Positions 37,150-47,074 of a stretch of DNA of 64,000 nucleotides are shown one piece after another (position 1 is the stretch's first letter; each line of letters starts with the position of its first letter). This stretch comes from Euryarchaeota archaeon UBA130 (GTDB lineage: Archaea; Thermoplasmatota; Poseidoniia; Poseidoniales; Thalassarchaeaceae). The translations under genes were made by a program, and so were the position numbers. The notes under the pieces were generated by a model that was given only the letters and a program-made list of their open reading frames with translations, was not told the origin of the DNA and did no database searches. The stretch spans positions 12,656 to 76,655 of the forward strand of contig DAVY01000007.1 of NCBI GenBank assembly GCA_002505775.1, in the 5' to 3' direction.

Positions 37150-38118
37150 TCATAAAATCCGCGCACCCCCCGACCCGAGCTTCGAGACTAGTGGCATCCC
37201 ACCTGCGATTTCTATGCATTCAGCGACTCTCTTCGGATGACGAGTAAGGGAAACCATGCAACCGCCCCCTCCAGCTCCAGTCAGCTTGGCCCCGAGTGAA
37301 TGACTCTCTACAGCAGAAATCAGATTCTCAAGCTCAGGGCAACTGACTCTGAGGTTACGAAGCCTTTCATGACAGGAGTTCATTGCCGACCCTACTCCTT
37401 CCATATCTCCTGCAGACAGCGAATCAAGTCCGGAGGATGTTATGTTCCCAATTGCCCTGATCTCATCCATTTTCTTTGGCTCTTTCCCAATGAGTTCTGA
37501 CACTCCTTCCACCATTTTCCCGGTAGGCGATCCAATTCCTGTAAATCCTAGGACTATCCAGGTATCTTCAATTTCCGGTAATGTCGCCTCACAGACTGAC
37601 CATGATCTACTTCCTTCAGGAGTCTCCAGAGTTGCGTCGAATACGTGCCGAGTCCCTCTGACCTTCTGGCCAGAAACAACGATACATCCCCCAAGTGCGC
37701 TTGTTGCGGTATCTGTGGGGCTGGCCCTTCCTTGCTGGGCATTCGCCTCAGCTGAGTGCCCTATCTTGGCGAGAGAAATTAGATCTAGTGGCTCATTTGG
37801 TTTAGTGAACTGATGCAATGCCGCCCCCATTGAATTGGAGAGTGCGGCGGACGAACCAAGTCCAGCCGCCGAGAAAAGACTGCTCCTGATATCAATTTTC
37901 AGAGGATTTCCCCTGTATTGAAAAATATCATTGATTATGTGAGAAATATGAGGATGTCTAGACGGCTCGAAAGGCATCCCCTCCAAGATCCATTTATTTG
38001 ACTCAGTAATTGTAACTTCTACACCTGCGTCAATTGATACGGCAACTGCTGGCTCTCCGTAAACTACCGCATGCTCCCCAAATAGAATACATTTGCCCGG
38101 CGCGAATGCAGTGACCAT
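37150..38118 (-). CDS. mvk: Mevalonate kinase (GHMP kinase family)
   Basis: N-terminal APGKCILFGEHAVVYG, GHMP motif AAGLGSSAALS and C-terminal KLTGAGGGGCMV. Confidence 0.85.
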   Translation of the reverse strand: MVTAFAPGKCILFGEHAVVYGEPAVAVSIDAGVEVTITESNKWILEGMPFEPSRHPHISHIINDIFQYRGNPLKIDIRSSLFSAAGLGSSAALSNSMGAALHQFTKPNEPLDLISLAKIGHSAEANAQQGRASPTDTATSALGGCIVVSGQKVRGTRHVFDATLETPEGSRSWSVCEATLPEIEDTWIVLGFTGIGSPTGKMVEGVSELIGKEPKKMDEIRAIGNITSSGLDSLSAGDMEGVGSAMNSCHERLRNLRVSCPELENLISAVESHSLGAKLTGAGGGGCMVSLTRHPKRVAECIEIAGGMPLVSKLGSGGARIL

Positions 38119-38230
38119 ACATCCCGCCCATAGTCAAGGGAAATGAGCATTGGGATGTGGGGGTTGCATCGGTTCCTTCAAGTCCAACTACCGTTTGGCC
38201 TAACCAAGGCAGTTGCCGAGATGTGAAATT

Positions 38231-40273
38231 ATGGAACATCCACTGTTGCAGTCGTATGGCCCATTGGAGGGTTGGCACATATTGCTGGCAATCGGGGTCA
38301 TCTCTATCGGTTTCTTCACTTATCAGGTTCAGAAGGCAACTAGGCTGGTCATGTTGGGTTCACCTGATAGCAGGTTTGACTCCTGGAGTGTAAGAATTAG
38401 AGAGTTCATCTCAGGATGGCTGTTCCAGAAGAAAGTCCTCAGAGATAAGGTTGCAGGGATAATGCATGTTCTGATGTTCTGGGGGTTCCTCATGCTATCG
38501 ACGGACATGTTCGATCTAGCAACTGCAAATGCATTTTCCGAGAAGGTACTTCCAAAAATCTTAGTCGGGCCTTGGAATGGGATGGTTGAGCTGGGATACT
38601 TCATGGCTCTGATTGGGTGCGTTAGTGCACTAACCCGTAGAGTGGTCTTCACACCAGAGAAACTCAAAGGAAAGTCCCAGCTTGAGGGAAATGCCATATT
38701 GTTGCTAATATTCACGATTACCACGACCTCATTCATGGTTGAGTCCGCCGAGTCACCAAGTGCTTTTTGGGAACCAATAGGATATTGGTTTTCGGAACGA
38801 GGCCTTTCAGAACAGACAGTAATATTGTCATATTGGGCTCATATGCTGGCAATCTCAGTTTTTCTTTTCTTAATCCCACTGTCAAAACACATGCACCTAG
38901 TTATGGCTGTTCCGAACGTCTTCTTTCATGACGCTGGACCAATGGCGAGAATGAGGCCACTAGCACTTGGAGATGATGGCAAGGCTGTTCCTTTGGAAGA
39001 TCTAGATATAGACTCCTTCGGGGTTAGTACGTACAATCAGTATTCATGGAGGCAACTAATCGACGGATGGTCATGTACGTCATGTGCTAGGTGTCAGGAT
39101 GTTTGTCCCGCATATGCATCAGGTAAGGGACTCAATCCTATGCAGGTTATTCACGATGTCAGGAACTACGCGAATGAGCATGCCCCGATCCTCCTTTCAG
39201 GAAACCAGCCCGATGAAACAATCCTTGAGAGGATTACAGAAGAGGCTGTGTGGGCATGCACAACCTGCAACGCATGCGTAGATGTCTGTCCACTGTACAT
39301 TGAACACGTTCCAAAGCTCACAGATCTCAGGAGAAATGCCATGATGGAAACTATGGAATATCCAGAAGTCCTTAACACTGCCATGGGCAATATAGAGTCT
39401 GCCTCCAACCCATATGGCTTTGGGGCGCATGAGAGGGCAGATTGGGCCTCTGATTTGGGAGTGAAAATTGGCGAGCCAGCAGAATATATCTACTTCGTTG
39501 GTTGTGCGGCAAGCTTCGATGAGAGGAATCAGAAAGTAGCAAGATCGACTATATCCCTCCTAAAAGAAGCAGGACTCGATGTGGGGATTCTTGGTATGCA
39601 AGAAGGATGCTCTGGGGATCCCGCTAGAAGAGCGGGCAATGAGTACCTTTTCCAGATGCTGGCGGAGACAAACATGTCGACGTTTCAAGAATTAGGCGTC
39701 AAGAGAATTGTGGCTTCATGCCCCCATTGTTTCCACACGCTAGGGAAGGAGTATGGAGACTTTGGCGGAGATGATTTGGAGGTATTTCATCACTCTGAAA
39801 TTATAGCGAAGTTGCAAAAGGAGGGAAAGCTCCCAGAGGCCGAGAAGAATGGAAGGTCCATCACTTTCCATGATCCATGCTACTTGGGAAGGATTGGAGA
39901 TATCCTAGATGCCCCAAGATCGGTGATCGGTGGGGTCGACAAAGAAACTGAGAGGCATGGCAAGGACTCATTCTGCTGTGGTGCAGGGGGGGCCCAAATG
40001 TGGATGGAGGAAGATGCTGATAAGAGAGTAAATGAGATTCGAGCAGCAGAGATTGCAGAGACTGGTTGCGACACTGTAGCTGTAGGCTGTCCTTTCTGCT
40101 CTGTTATGGTAAAGGATGGCTTAGACGCCGTTGGAGCCGATATGGAGGTCCTTGATGTGGCCGAACTACTCTGGGAACAGATCGTGGCTAGGGATTTGGA
40201 GATTCATGACAAGACCAAAAACAGAACAGGAAAAGCCAGAATCTGGAAATCATCACTATCAGATCTAGTTTGA
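38231..40273 (+). CDS. Membrane-bound Fe-S oxidoreductase: cytochrome-b-like (NarI/HdrE-type) N-terminal domain fused to an HdrD/GlpC-like domain (2x[4Fe-4S] plus two CCG domains)
   Basis: About 5-6 N-terminal TM helices with conserved His (IMHVLMFWGF, YWAHML...SKHMHLV). CTSCARCQDVCP and CTTCNACVDVCP ferredoxin motifs. CCG-type Cys motifs (VGCAASFD, GCSGDP, SCPHCFH, HDPCYLGR, FCCGAGG, GCPFCSVM). ATG at 38231 preferred over TTG at 38213. Confidence 0.8.
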   Translation: MEHPLLQSYGPLEGWHILLAIGVISIGFFTYQVQKATRLVMLGSPDSRFDSWSVRIREFISGWLFQKKVLRDKVAGIMHVLMFWGFLMLSTDMFDLATANAFSEKVLPKILVGPWNGMVELGYFMALIGCVSALTRRVVFTPEKLKGKSQLEGNAILLLIFTITTTSFMVESAESPSAFWEPIGYWFSERGLSEQTVILSYWAHMLAISVFLFLIPLSKHMHLVMAVPNVFFHDAGPMARMRPLALGDDGKAVPLEDLDIDSFGVSTYNQYSWRQLIDGWSCTSCARCQDVCPAYASGKGLNPMQVIHDVRNYANEHAPILLSGNQPDETILERITEEAVWACTTCNACVDVCPLYIEHVPKLTDLRRNAMMETMEYPEVLNTAMGNIESASNPYGFGAHERADWASDLGVKIGEPAEYIYFVGCAASFDERNQKVARSTISLLKEAGLDVGILGMQEGCSGDPARRAGNEYLFQMLAETNMSTFQELGVKRIVASCPHCFHTLGKEYGDFGGDDLEVFHHSEIIAKLQKEGKLPEAEKNGRSITFHDPCYLGRIGDILDAPRSVIGGVDKETERHGKDSFCCGAGGAQMWMEEDADKRVNEIRAAEIAETGCDTVAVGCPFCSVMVKDGLDAVGADMEVLDVAELLWEQIVARDLEIHDKTKNRTGKARIWKSSLSDLV

Positions 40274-40737
40274 TGAGACTTCATTTCCCCAGAACTGAAT
40301 ACAGAGAACGTCATAAGCAATACCACCCAGGGCTAGTTATGGAAGATGTGTTCTCGTTCTTTGGAAGGTCTGTACCCGATTTGGCTAAAATTCTCGGCTC
40401 CATTCTCGCAATCTTCGGTATCGCAGTTTACATCATATCAGGTCAATCCTCAATTACTGCAATGATTCCAACATTCATGGGAGTTCCCCTTTTGTTTCTG
40501 GGAATACTATCAGAAAGGATGCCAGACAAGCGTCATCACCTCATGCACGCATCAATGGTTCTGGCACTACTTATGGTAGTCATGCCAATCGCAATGGTCG
40601 TAGCAATGGGAGCTCCCGACTCCAACCTAACTATCGCTTCATTATTCACTCTACTGACAATAGGGTCTATTTTCTTGGTTGCTGGTATCAAATCATTTAG
40701 GCATGCCCGGATGCTCAGGGAATCTTCGGGTGTTTAA
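40270..40737 (+). CDS. Hypothetical membrane protein (about 4 TM), apparently co-transcribed with the HdrDE-like gene
   Basis: 155-aa ORF overlapping the upstream stop by 4 nt, with four hydrophobic helices. The true start could be the internal MEDVFSFF (40339). Confidence 0.55.
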   Translation: MMRLHFPRTEYRERHKQYHPGLVMEDVFSFFGRSVPDLAKILGSILAIFGIAVYIISGQSSITAMIPTFMGVPLLFLGILSERMPDKRHHLMHASMVLALLMVVMPIAMVVAMGAPDSNLTIASLFTLLTIGSIFLVAGIKSFRHARMLRESSGV

Positions 40738-41427
40738 TTGAAGCCAATAATTGGCGTAACTTGCTTCATGCGTGAGACAGTCTACGGCAATTGGCATAGA
40801 CATGCGGCAATTCTCCCATCAGCATACGTATCCATGATAGAAATGGCAGGGGGCATTCCCATGATTATCCCTCCAGCGATCGATACTACGAAGCTATTGG
40901 ATATGATTGATGGATTGATTGTTTCCGGCGGTCCCGATATATCTCCAGCTCTTTACAATCAGGAGGCTGGTCCAATGACAGTGGAATTTTATCCCAAACA
41001 AGACGAAACAGAAATCGCGCTAATTTCAGAGGCAGTAGAAAGAGACATGCCATTGTTGGGGGTTTGCCGAGGGATGCAAATTCTCAGCGTCGTGCATGGA
41101 GGAAGTCTCCATCAGCACCTGGATGACACCCCGGGGCATGAGGGGCACGGGGGATATGACGGAACCTCTACTGATCACTCTGTTATTGCAAAGGAGGGAT
41201 CGTTGCTCGGGAAGATAATGGGAGAATCATTTATCGTAAACTCAACTCATCATCAAGGTGTCGCAGAACCTGGAAAATTGTCAATATCAGCCGTCGCACA
41301 ACATGACGGTTTAATCGAGGCAGTAGAAAGAATCGATAAGAAATTCTGTATCGGAGTTCAATGGCATCCCGAGAGGAAGGGGCATGAACAATTGTTCTCG
41401 GCACTCGTTGAGGCTGCGAGAGGTTGA
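40738..41427 (+). CDS. Gamma-glutamyl-gamma-aminobutyrate hydrolase family protein (peptidase C26 / class I GATase, PuuD-like)
   Basis: The TTG start gives KPIIGVTC, the typical family N-terminus. GVCRGMQIL nucleophile motif, HHQGV and GVQWHPE. Confidence 0.8.
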   Translation: MKPIIGVTCFMRETVYGNWHRHAAILPSAYVSMIEMAGGIPMIIPPAIDTTKLLDMIDGLIVSGGPDISPALYNQEAGPMTVEFYPKQDETEIALISEAVERDMPLLGVCRGMQILSVVHGGSLHQHLDDTPGHEGHGGYDGTSTDHSVIAKEGSLLGKIMGESFIVNSTHHQGVAEPGKLSISAVAQHDGLIEAVERIDKKFCIGVQWHPERKGHEQLFSALVEAARG

Positions 41428-41453
41428 TGACGGTCGGCCCGCTAGAAGGGGTA

Positions 41454-42896
41454 ATGACGCTCAGGGTGTATGATACCAGGTCTCGTTCGAAGAGGGTTTT
41501 CACCCCCTTAGAAGAAGGCAAAATTGGAATCTACGCATGCGGGATTACTCCTTATTCCCCGAGTCATATTGGACACGCTAGGCAGGCAATAGCATTCGAC
41601 ATAATCGTCAGGTGGCTAAGGAAGAGTGGCTATGATGTAAATTACATCTCGAATTTTACCGATATCGATGACAAGATAATCTCCGTATCACAGAAAGAAG
41701 GAGTGGATTTCTTGGTGGTGGCCAACAGAAACATAGAAGATTATTTCACTGTGATGGATAAATTGAATGTGATTAGGGCCAACAGCTATCCCAGAGTCAC
41801 AGAGACCATACCAGAGATAATAGAGATGATCGAGGAACTGATAAGAAAGAATCATGCCTATGTTTCTGCTGATGGGGTCTATTTTGAGATAGACACCGCC
41901 CCAGAAAAATATGGCCAATTAACGGGGCAGACTCTTGAAATGGTCAGAAAAGGAGCCGGAGGAAGAGTCGGCAAATCAGGGACAGGAAAGAGGGACCATC
42001 GGGATTTCGCATTATGGAAGGCGGCCAAAGAGGGGGAGCCTAGCTGGGATAGTCCATGGGGCGCTGGAAGGCCTGGTTGGCATATAGAGTGCTCTGCGAT
42101 GTCTTTGAAACACCTCGGGGAGAGATTCGACATACATGGAGGGGGGTCCGATCTGCTATTCCCTCATCATGAAGCGGAGATATTCCAATCCGAATGTTGC
42201 CTCGGACATGATCCAGTAGTCCAATATTGGTTGCACAATGGAATGATAAATGTCGATGGAGAAAAGATGAGTAAATCAGATGGTAATTTCTGGACTGTTA
42301 GGGATGCGCTTGTGTCAATCGATCCGTTAGCCCTTAGGTATGCATTAATTAATGCCCCGTATAGGCAACCAGTAGACTTCAATGCGGTTATGATCGAAGA
42401 CTCTACAACACACTACCGCCGTCTAATTTCCTCCTACTCAGAGGCTCTCCACATCTCACATGGAGAGCATAGTGGCTACCATGATATTGAGTCCTTAGCT
42501 CATTCTTCTGAGAGGGTAACTAATGGGATGAATGATGATTTCAATACTAGAACGGCCCTTGTTGAAATCCAGACTGTCGTCAAGGAGCTTTCCTCACTTC
42601 TTCAGTCTAAGGCTAGAGAGTCGAAGGTTATCGGTGGCTATGTTTCCTGGTTGGAGGAATTCGCAGGAGAGGTATTGGGGATTTTGCCCCCGAGGAAGGA
42701 GGCATTAGAGTTCTATGGACGAAAGCTTTCCAGAAGATCCGAAATCGAACCAGAGGTTAGTAAGCTTCTGGAGATGAGGGAGAATGCGAGGGCATCAAAG
42801 GATTGGTCCGAGTCAGATAGAATCAGAGACGAGCTTAATGAGATGGGGGTAACAGTTGAAGACAGCCCCGAGGGAACAAAATGGCGAATTATCTGA
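41454..42896 (+). CDS. cysS: Cysteinyl-tRNA synthetase
   Basis: MTLRVYDTRSR..IYACGITPYSPSHIGHAR (HIGH motif) and KMSKSDGN (KMSKS motif). The ATG at 41454 aligns with the usual CysRS N-terminus (the track start at 41424 is a TTG). Confidence 0.92.
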   Translation: MTLRVYDTRSRSKRVFTPLEEGKIGIYACGITPYSPSHIGHARQAIAFDIIVRWLRKSGYDVNYISNFTDIDDKIISVSQKEGVDFLVVANRNIEDYFTVMDKLNVIRANSYPRVTETIPEIIEMIEELIRKNHAYVSADGVYFEIDTAPEKYGQLTGQTLEMVRKGAGGRVGKSGTGKRDHRDFALWKAAKEGEPSWDSPWGAGRPGWHIECSAMSLKHLGERFDIHGGGSDLLFPHHEAEIFQSECCLGHDPVVQYWLHNGMINVDGEKMSKSDGNFWTVRDALVSIDPLALRYALINAPYRQPVDFNAVMIEDSTTHYRRLISSYSEALHISHGEHSGYHDIESLAHSSERVTNGMNDDFNTRTALVEIQTVVKELSSLLQSKARESKVIGGYVSWLEEFAGEVLGILPPRKEALEFYGRKLSRRSEIEPEVSKLLEMRENARASKDWSESDRIRDELNEMGVTVEDSPEGTKWRII

Positions 42897-42911
42897 GACA
42901 GGATGCCCAAA

Positions 42912-45461
42912 TCACTCTTTTTCTCTGCTCAATAGATTGAAATTTCCTCGATTCAGGACCGCTAAGAAACCTATGATTAGAATAATTCCAATGGTTGCCT
43001 GTATTACAAAACCGTCCTCGCTTGAATCGCCTTCTCCCGCATCTCCATCCTGCCCGGAATCTCCGAATGAGTTATCCTGAATGTACTCGACATTGTGCCT
43101 ACATTCGACTTCTGCAGGATAATCCCCAACATCTGTACAAATTCTTCCGGGTACAGTAAAGGATTTAGATACTTCAAGCTGACAGAATGTTGTCAATCCT
43201 GAAACAATACAATCTTCCGTTTCCTCCATAACTACTAGTATGGAGCCACAAAGGAGCTTCTGCCCTTCTCTTTCCACTAGGGACGGATGCTCTGAAAGAC
43301 ATTCTTCGAGATGCACACCTTCCTCCAGAGTTGTGATGTGGGGGACGTATCCACCTCTAGGTCCATAACTGTCGAAAAAGTCAGGGAGAGATGGACGACT
43401 GACAACCTCGGGTCCGTCACCATTAGAGATATTTGTCACTATGGGGTCGGCCCCTCCTACCGTACCGCCAATTCTGTGCCCCTCTTCATCAAGCTCTATA
43501 TCATAGAATTCAGACCATAAATCGATATTTCTTCCATTCTGAAAAGAAGGAGTCCTATTCAGAACATCGAAGTACCTCTCGTCCCCCATTGTGAAGAGAT
43601 ATTCGATAGGGACGTCCTTGCCATCGTTACAACCACTAAGGTAGTCTATCATTTCTGAGTAAGATTGCTGAGCCTCAGGAACGCCTTCGTAAGTTATGTC
43701 AATCGCTTTCGAAAAACCTTCTCCATGGATTATCTCCGTCTCATCATCCAAAGCCTGCATTATGTCTACGTCTCCAAAAACGGGGAGTCCGCCAACAACA
43801 ACCAATCTGACATCAGGGTCCACCGCCTCAATCACATTTCTGTATGGATCCGCCTCAAATGTGTCCAATACGACTAGGTCGGCGGCAAGTCCCTCTCTGA
43901 TCCTGCCAGTATATTCCGACCAACCAATTGCATCAACTATGTTGGTAGTAATTGTCTGAACCAACTCAAAATCTGTGAATATATCACCCAGTACGTTCCT
44001 GTCCCACCAATCAGCTGTCTTCAGCTCATGCATGGAGCTCTTTGAGCCAGAAGGAGACCAATCCGGACCAATCATGATGTTAACTCCCTCCGTCTTTGCA
44101 GTGGCTATATCTGTGGTTTCCCCATAAAGGAGAAGGTTGGATGTGGGAGACCATGCAAGGCTTCCCCCAACAGATCCCAATGCTGAGAATTCAGTCTGGG
44201 TTAATCCCGTACCATGAATTATCACTATCTCCCCTACGAGAAGGTTATTTTCAACCAGAATATCAAACTCTGCTCTGCTGGACTCATCGATTCCCTCGGC
44301 GAGATGTATGAACCATGCATTTAGACTTCCAGATGAATTTCTGTCCTTTATGTGGTTGCCTTCATACTCTGATTCCAACTCTGTTACCTTTGTCCATATC
44401 CCATCGCCACCGAAATTGTAGAGCTCTATGTTTCTCGCAAGCATTGTCTCAAATGTGTCCGTATTTCGATTTGCACTTCCTTGCAAGGCGGTATTGCCAC
44501 CTGCTATCGCTCTTAATTCAGCAAACCTCATCGCAGATGAATCTTCAATAGAGCAACCAATATCTTTGGCATCACTATATCCGGAATAAGATTGCCACTG
44601 ATATCTATTATCCCATCCATCGGTTCCATGGTCCCAGAGTGGGATCAAATTGTATTTTGCATGATTGTGCGGATCTATAAAACCTGGGTAAATGGTACCA
44701 CTAGTGGGAATTGACACCACTCCTTCCGCTGATTCTGGATCCGGTTCAGAGGAGCTCCAAATTTCCTCAATCATTCCATCAACAATCAGTATCCTTCCAT
44801 CGTCTATGACGTCATTTTGTGACTCCATGGTCACAATCCTTCCCTCTAAGATGTATTCCCCTCTGTGAATATTATCCTCTTCCGGCTGTTGAGGGTAACA
44901 GCTCCCCATTAAGTGATTGACACCTACCCATTCTTGATCATTGGGGCCTCCTGGAGTTGGACTTTGGTCAGAGAGCTTTGACCAGCTACCACTAGCATCA
45001 TATCCGTAGGGTATGCCGTAGTCCGAGTCTTCAGCATCATAGCTTACAGAATCTATTTCAGCACCGGCTTGATTAGTGATTCTGACTGTATCTCCTTCCC
45101 AGTAATTGAATTCGATCTGTGTCTGCGCCCTGTAGAATACCACATATGATCCTGGGTCCATGACAGTTCCCCAGGCAATGCTACACATTGGCGAACCGCC
45201 ATTCTCCAAGTCATCTATCCACCATCCCCCTATATCTATTGCAGAATCAGTGGGGTTGTGCAATTCCAGGAACTGATTGGAGAACCTTCCAATTTCTCCA
45301 TCTCCATTCCAATCTACCCCCCCGTACTCCTCACTATTTGGAGATACGTATATTTCGTTGATAATGACTGAATCACCAGCTCCTTGCGCTGAAGTAGTGA
45401 TAATCGGCGATGATACCACTAGGATCATCAAGGCAGTCACGACAACTGACCCGGCGCGCAT
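42912..45461 (-). CDS. Surface-anchored protein: lamin-tail-like (LTD) domain plus metal-dependent amidohydrolase-like domain plus C-terminal TM anchor
   Basis: Signal-like MRAGSVVVTALMILVVSSPIITTSAQG. VIINEIYVSPN...NQFLELHNPTDSAIDIGGWWIDD is LTD-like. PGFIDPHNHAKYN is an amidohydrolase HxH motif. C-terminal helix IQATIGIILIIGFLAVL. ATG at 45461 preferred, because the 83 upstream codons of the track ORF look non-coding. Confidence 0.75.
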   Translation of the reverse strand: MRAGSVVVTALMILVVSSPIITTSAQGAGDSVIINEIYVSPNSEEYGGVDWNGDGEIGRFSNQFLELHNPTDSAIDIGGWWIDDLENGGSPMCSIAWGTVMDPGSYVVFYRAQTQIEFNYWEGDTVRITNQAGAEIDSVSYDAEDSDYGIPYGYDASGSWSKLSDQSPTPGGPNDQEWVGVNHLMGSCYPQQPEEDNIHRGEYILEGRIVTMESQNDVIDDGRILIVDGMIEEIWSSSEPDPESAEGVVSIPTSGTIYPGFIDPHNHAKYNLIPLWDHGTDGWDNRYQWQSYSGYSDAKDIGCSIEDSSAMRFAELRAIAGGNTALQGSANRNTDTFETMLARNIELYNFGGDGIWTKVTELESEYEGNHIKDRNSSGSLNAWFIHLAEGIDESSRAEFDILVENNLLVGEIVIIHGTGLTQTEFSALGSVGGSLAWSPTSNLLLYGETTDIATAKTEGVNIMIGPDWSPSGSKSSMHELKTADWWDRNVLGDIFTDFELVQTITTNIVDAIGWSEYTGRIREGLAADLVVLDTFEADPYRNVIEAVDPDVRLVVVGGLPVFGDVDIMQALDDETEIIHGEGFSKAIDITYEGVPEAQQSYSEMIDYLSGCNDGKDVPIEYLFTMGDERYFDVLNRTPSFQNGRNIDLWSEFYDIELDEEGHRIGGTVGGADPIVTNISNGDGPEVVSRPSLPDFFDSYGPRGGYVPHITTLEEGVHLEECLSEHPSLVEREGQKLLCGSILVVMEETEDCIVSGLTTFCQLEVSKSFTVPGRICTDVGDYPAEVECRHNVEYIQDNSFGDSGQDGDAGEGDSSEDGFVIQATIGIILIIGFLAVLNRGNFNLLSREKE

Positions 45462-45551
45462 GATATCCCGACGGAATGATATGACTTCAACCCAACTATG
45501 CAGGAGCATCGAGTGCGAAGTGCGAAATAGCACTATTTCTGCCCAGCCACC

Positions 45552-47027
45552 ATGTCTGGCATTAGGTCTACCTGTGTCGCTCTCGTTACAATCATGCTCT
45601 CTTCTGTTTCCCTGTCTGGATGTATACATGATGCAATTATTGAGAATCTGAGTGTCCCATATCCAAAATGGTACGGAGAAATGGAATTTATCGATGATCC
45701 GATGAGTCACACAGATTCCTGTTTCAGTACTCCTTGTGTGAGAAATTTCACAATAGGGGAGCCATTCTCAGATGAAATCTGGGACGAGACTGGCAACAAA
45801 TGGGCGGTTTTTGGGAATGTCGAGGGAGGCAATTGCTGTGAACACTACCTCGCCGCCACCAAGGAGGGTTGGATAATGAATTTTGGAGGGGAATACCCCA
45901 CTTGGTCCGAAGATAGGGGGCATACCTGGCAGGAGTATCGGCCCTCGATATTCTCTCAGCTGGGGTGCATGGAACCCAAGCCAACAGTACCTGGACAGGA
46001 GGGACTTGGAGAGGGAAGTATAGTTCAGGCGACCAATGGGGACATTATTTCCATGGGGTGGTTCCCATATCCAAGTGCGAGTGGAGCCGATCAATTCTAT
46101 GCGTTCTTCTATGACGCCGAAGATGAAGAGTGGAGTTGGTGTTTCAATAGAACTCCAGAGCCTTTCTATGATCGTTCTTGGCAAGTCGAGGTAATAGGCC
46201 CGATTAACGGCGGACTCTATGGCAATGGCCCATGGGCCAGTCTTGTAATTTCCAACTTCTGGCATCAAGTACAGAATGTAGGAGGCCAGATTTCTACTGA
46301 TGGATTGAATTACGAATACTTTGGCTTCCCAGATAGAGATGCTGATTTGGATATAATGGAGGTAGACCTTGATCCTTCTGAACTGGGCACTGAGTGGGAT
46401 TTCACTAAGCCCCATAAAGAGATGAGGGCTTTCCCGGTTCCCTCAGGAGGCCTGTACTTCCCAGACTACTTCATTGATGGCAGGGATGCATTTCTTGATA
46501 CTTCGCTCAATTGGTGGACAGGTGTTACTTTAGGTGGGAATTCCCTACCATCTCAGTATTGTGCATTTGACTCATCAACAGCTCTACATTGCGTCACTAC
46601 GAGTAATTCCAACCTCACCCATCTGCTCTCTTGGGATGGCGGGGAGACATGGCAGAACCAATCCTATGACCTTTCAATGGAGGCCACAGGATTGGAAGAG
46701 TGGGAATTTCACTCCAACGGGATACACGACTTATTCGTTCTTAATGTGAGGTATCAGAGCTCCTCCGGGCCCGATGTCGATATAGCCTGGCATGTCAGGG
46801 ACTTCTCCGAGAGTATGGTTCCAGACTCAAGGACATATATCGGGCAGGGCGATCTTGACTCCACATCAGGAGCAGGAAATGACATCAGATTTGACTTCGC
46901 TAGTATGGGGATCCTTCCAGATGGTGGCTCATTCATAGCGTATCAGGATTCTACCGACCCTGATCCATTGTTCTCTCTGGAGTTATTACTGCCACCAGGA
47001 TACATAGCAAAATCTCAAACATTCTAG
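45552..47027 (+). CDS. Secreted lipoprotein with BNR/Asp-box repeats (sialidase-superfamily beta-propeller-like)
   Basis: Lipobox-like MSGIRSTCVALVTIMLSSVSLSGC. Asp-box motifs SEDRGHTW and SWDGGETW (S-x-D-x-G-x-T-W). Confidence 0.7.
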   Translation: MSGIRSTCVALVTIMLSSVSLSGCIHDAIIENLSVPYPKWYGEMEFIDDPMSHTDSCFSTPCVRNFTIGEPFSDEIWDETGNKWAVFGNVEGGNCCEHYLAATKEGWIMNFGGEYPTWSEDRGHTWQEYRPSIFSQLGCMEPKPTVPGQEGLGEGSIVQATNGDIISMGWFPYPSASGADQFYAFFYDAEDEEWSWCFNRTPEPFYDRSWQVEVIGPINGGLYGNGPWASLVISNFWHQVQNVGGQISTDGLNYEYFGFPDRDADLDIMEVDLDPSELGTEWDFTKPHKEMRAFPVPSGGLYFPDYFIDGRDAFLDTSLNWWTGVTLGGNSLPSQYCAFDSSTALHCVTTSNSNLTHLLSWDGGETWQNQSYDLSMEATGLEEWEFHSNGIHDLFVLNVRYQSSSGPDVDIAWHVRDFSESMVPDSRTYIGQGDLDSTSGAGNDIRFDFASMGILPDGGSFIAYQDSTDPDPLFSLELLLPPGYIAKSQTF

Positions 47028-47074
47028 AGGGAGAAGCACGATTCCAACCAACTAATAATAGAGATAGATTTCTC

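Noticed and set aside
45462-45710. The 83-codon N-terminal extension of the track ORF 42912..45710. Similar over-extended track starts occur at 8279, 9042, 24342, 29363, 30195, 31442, 36354, 38213, 41424, 55385 and 57622.
   Set aside because: The extensions overlap neighbouring genes or lack signal or family features. Internal ATG or GTG codons give N-termini that match the family (signal peptide, lipobox or conserved first motif).
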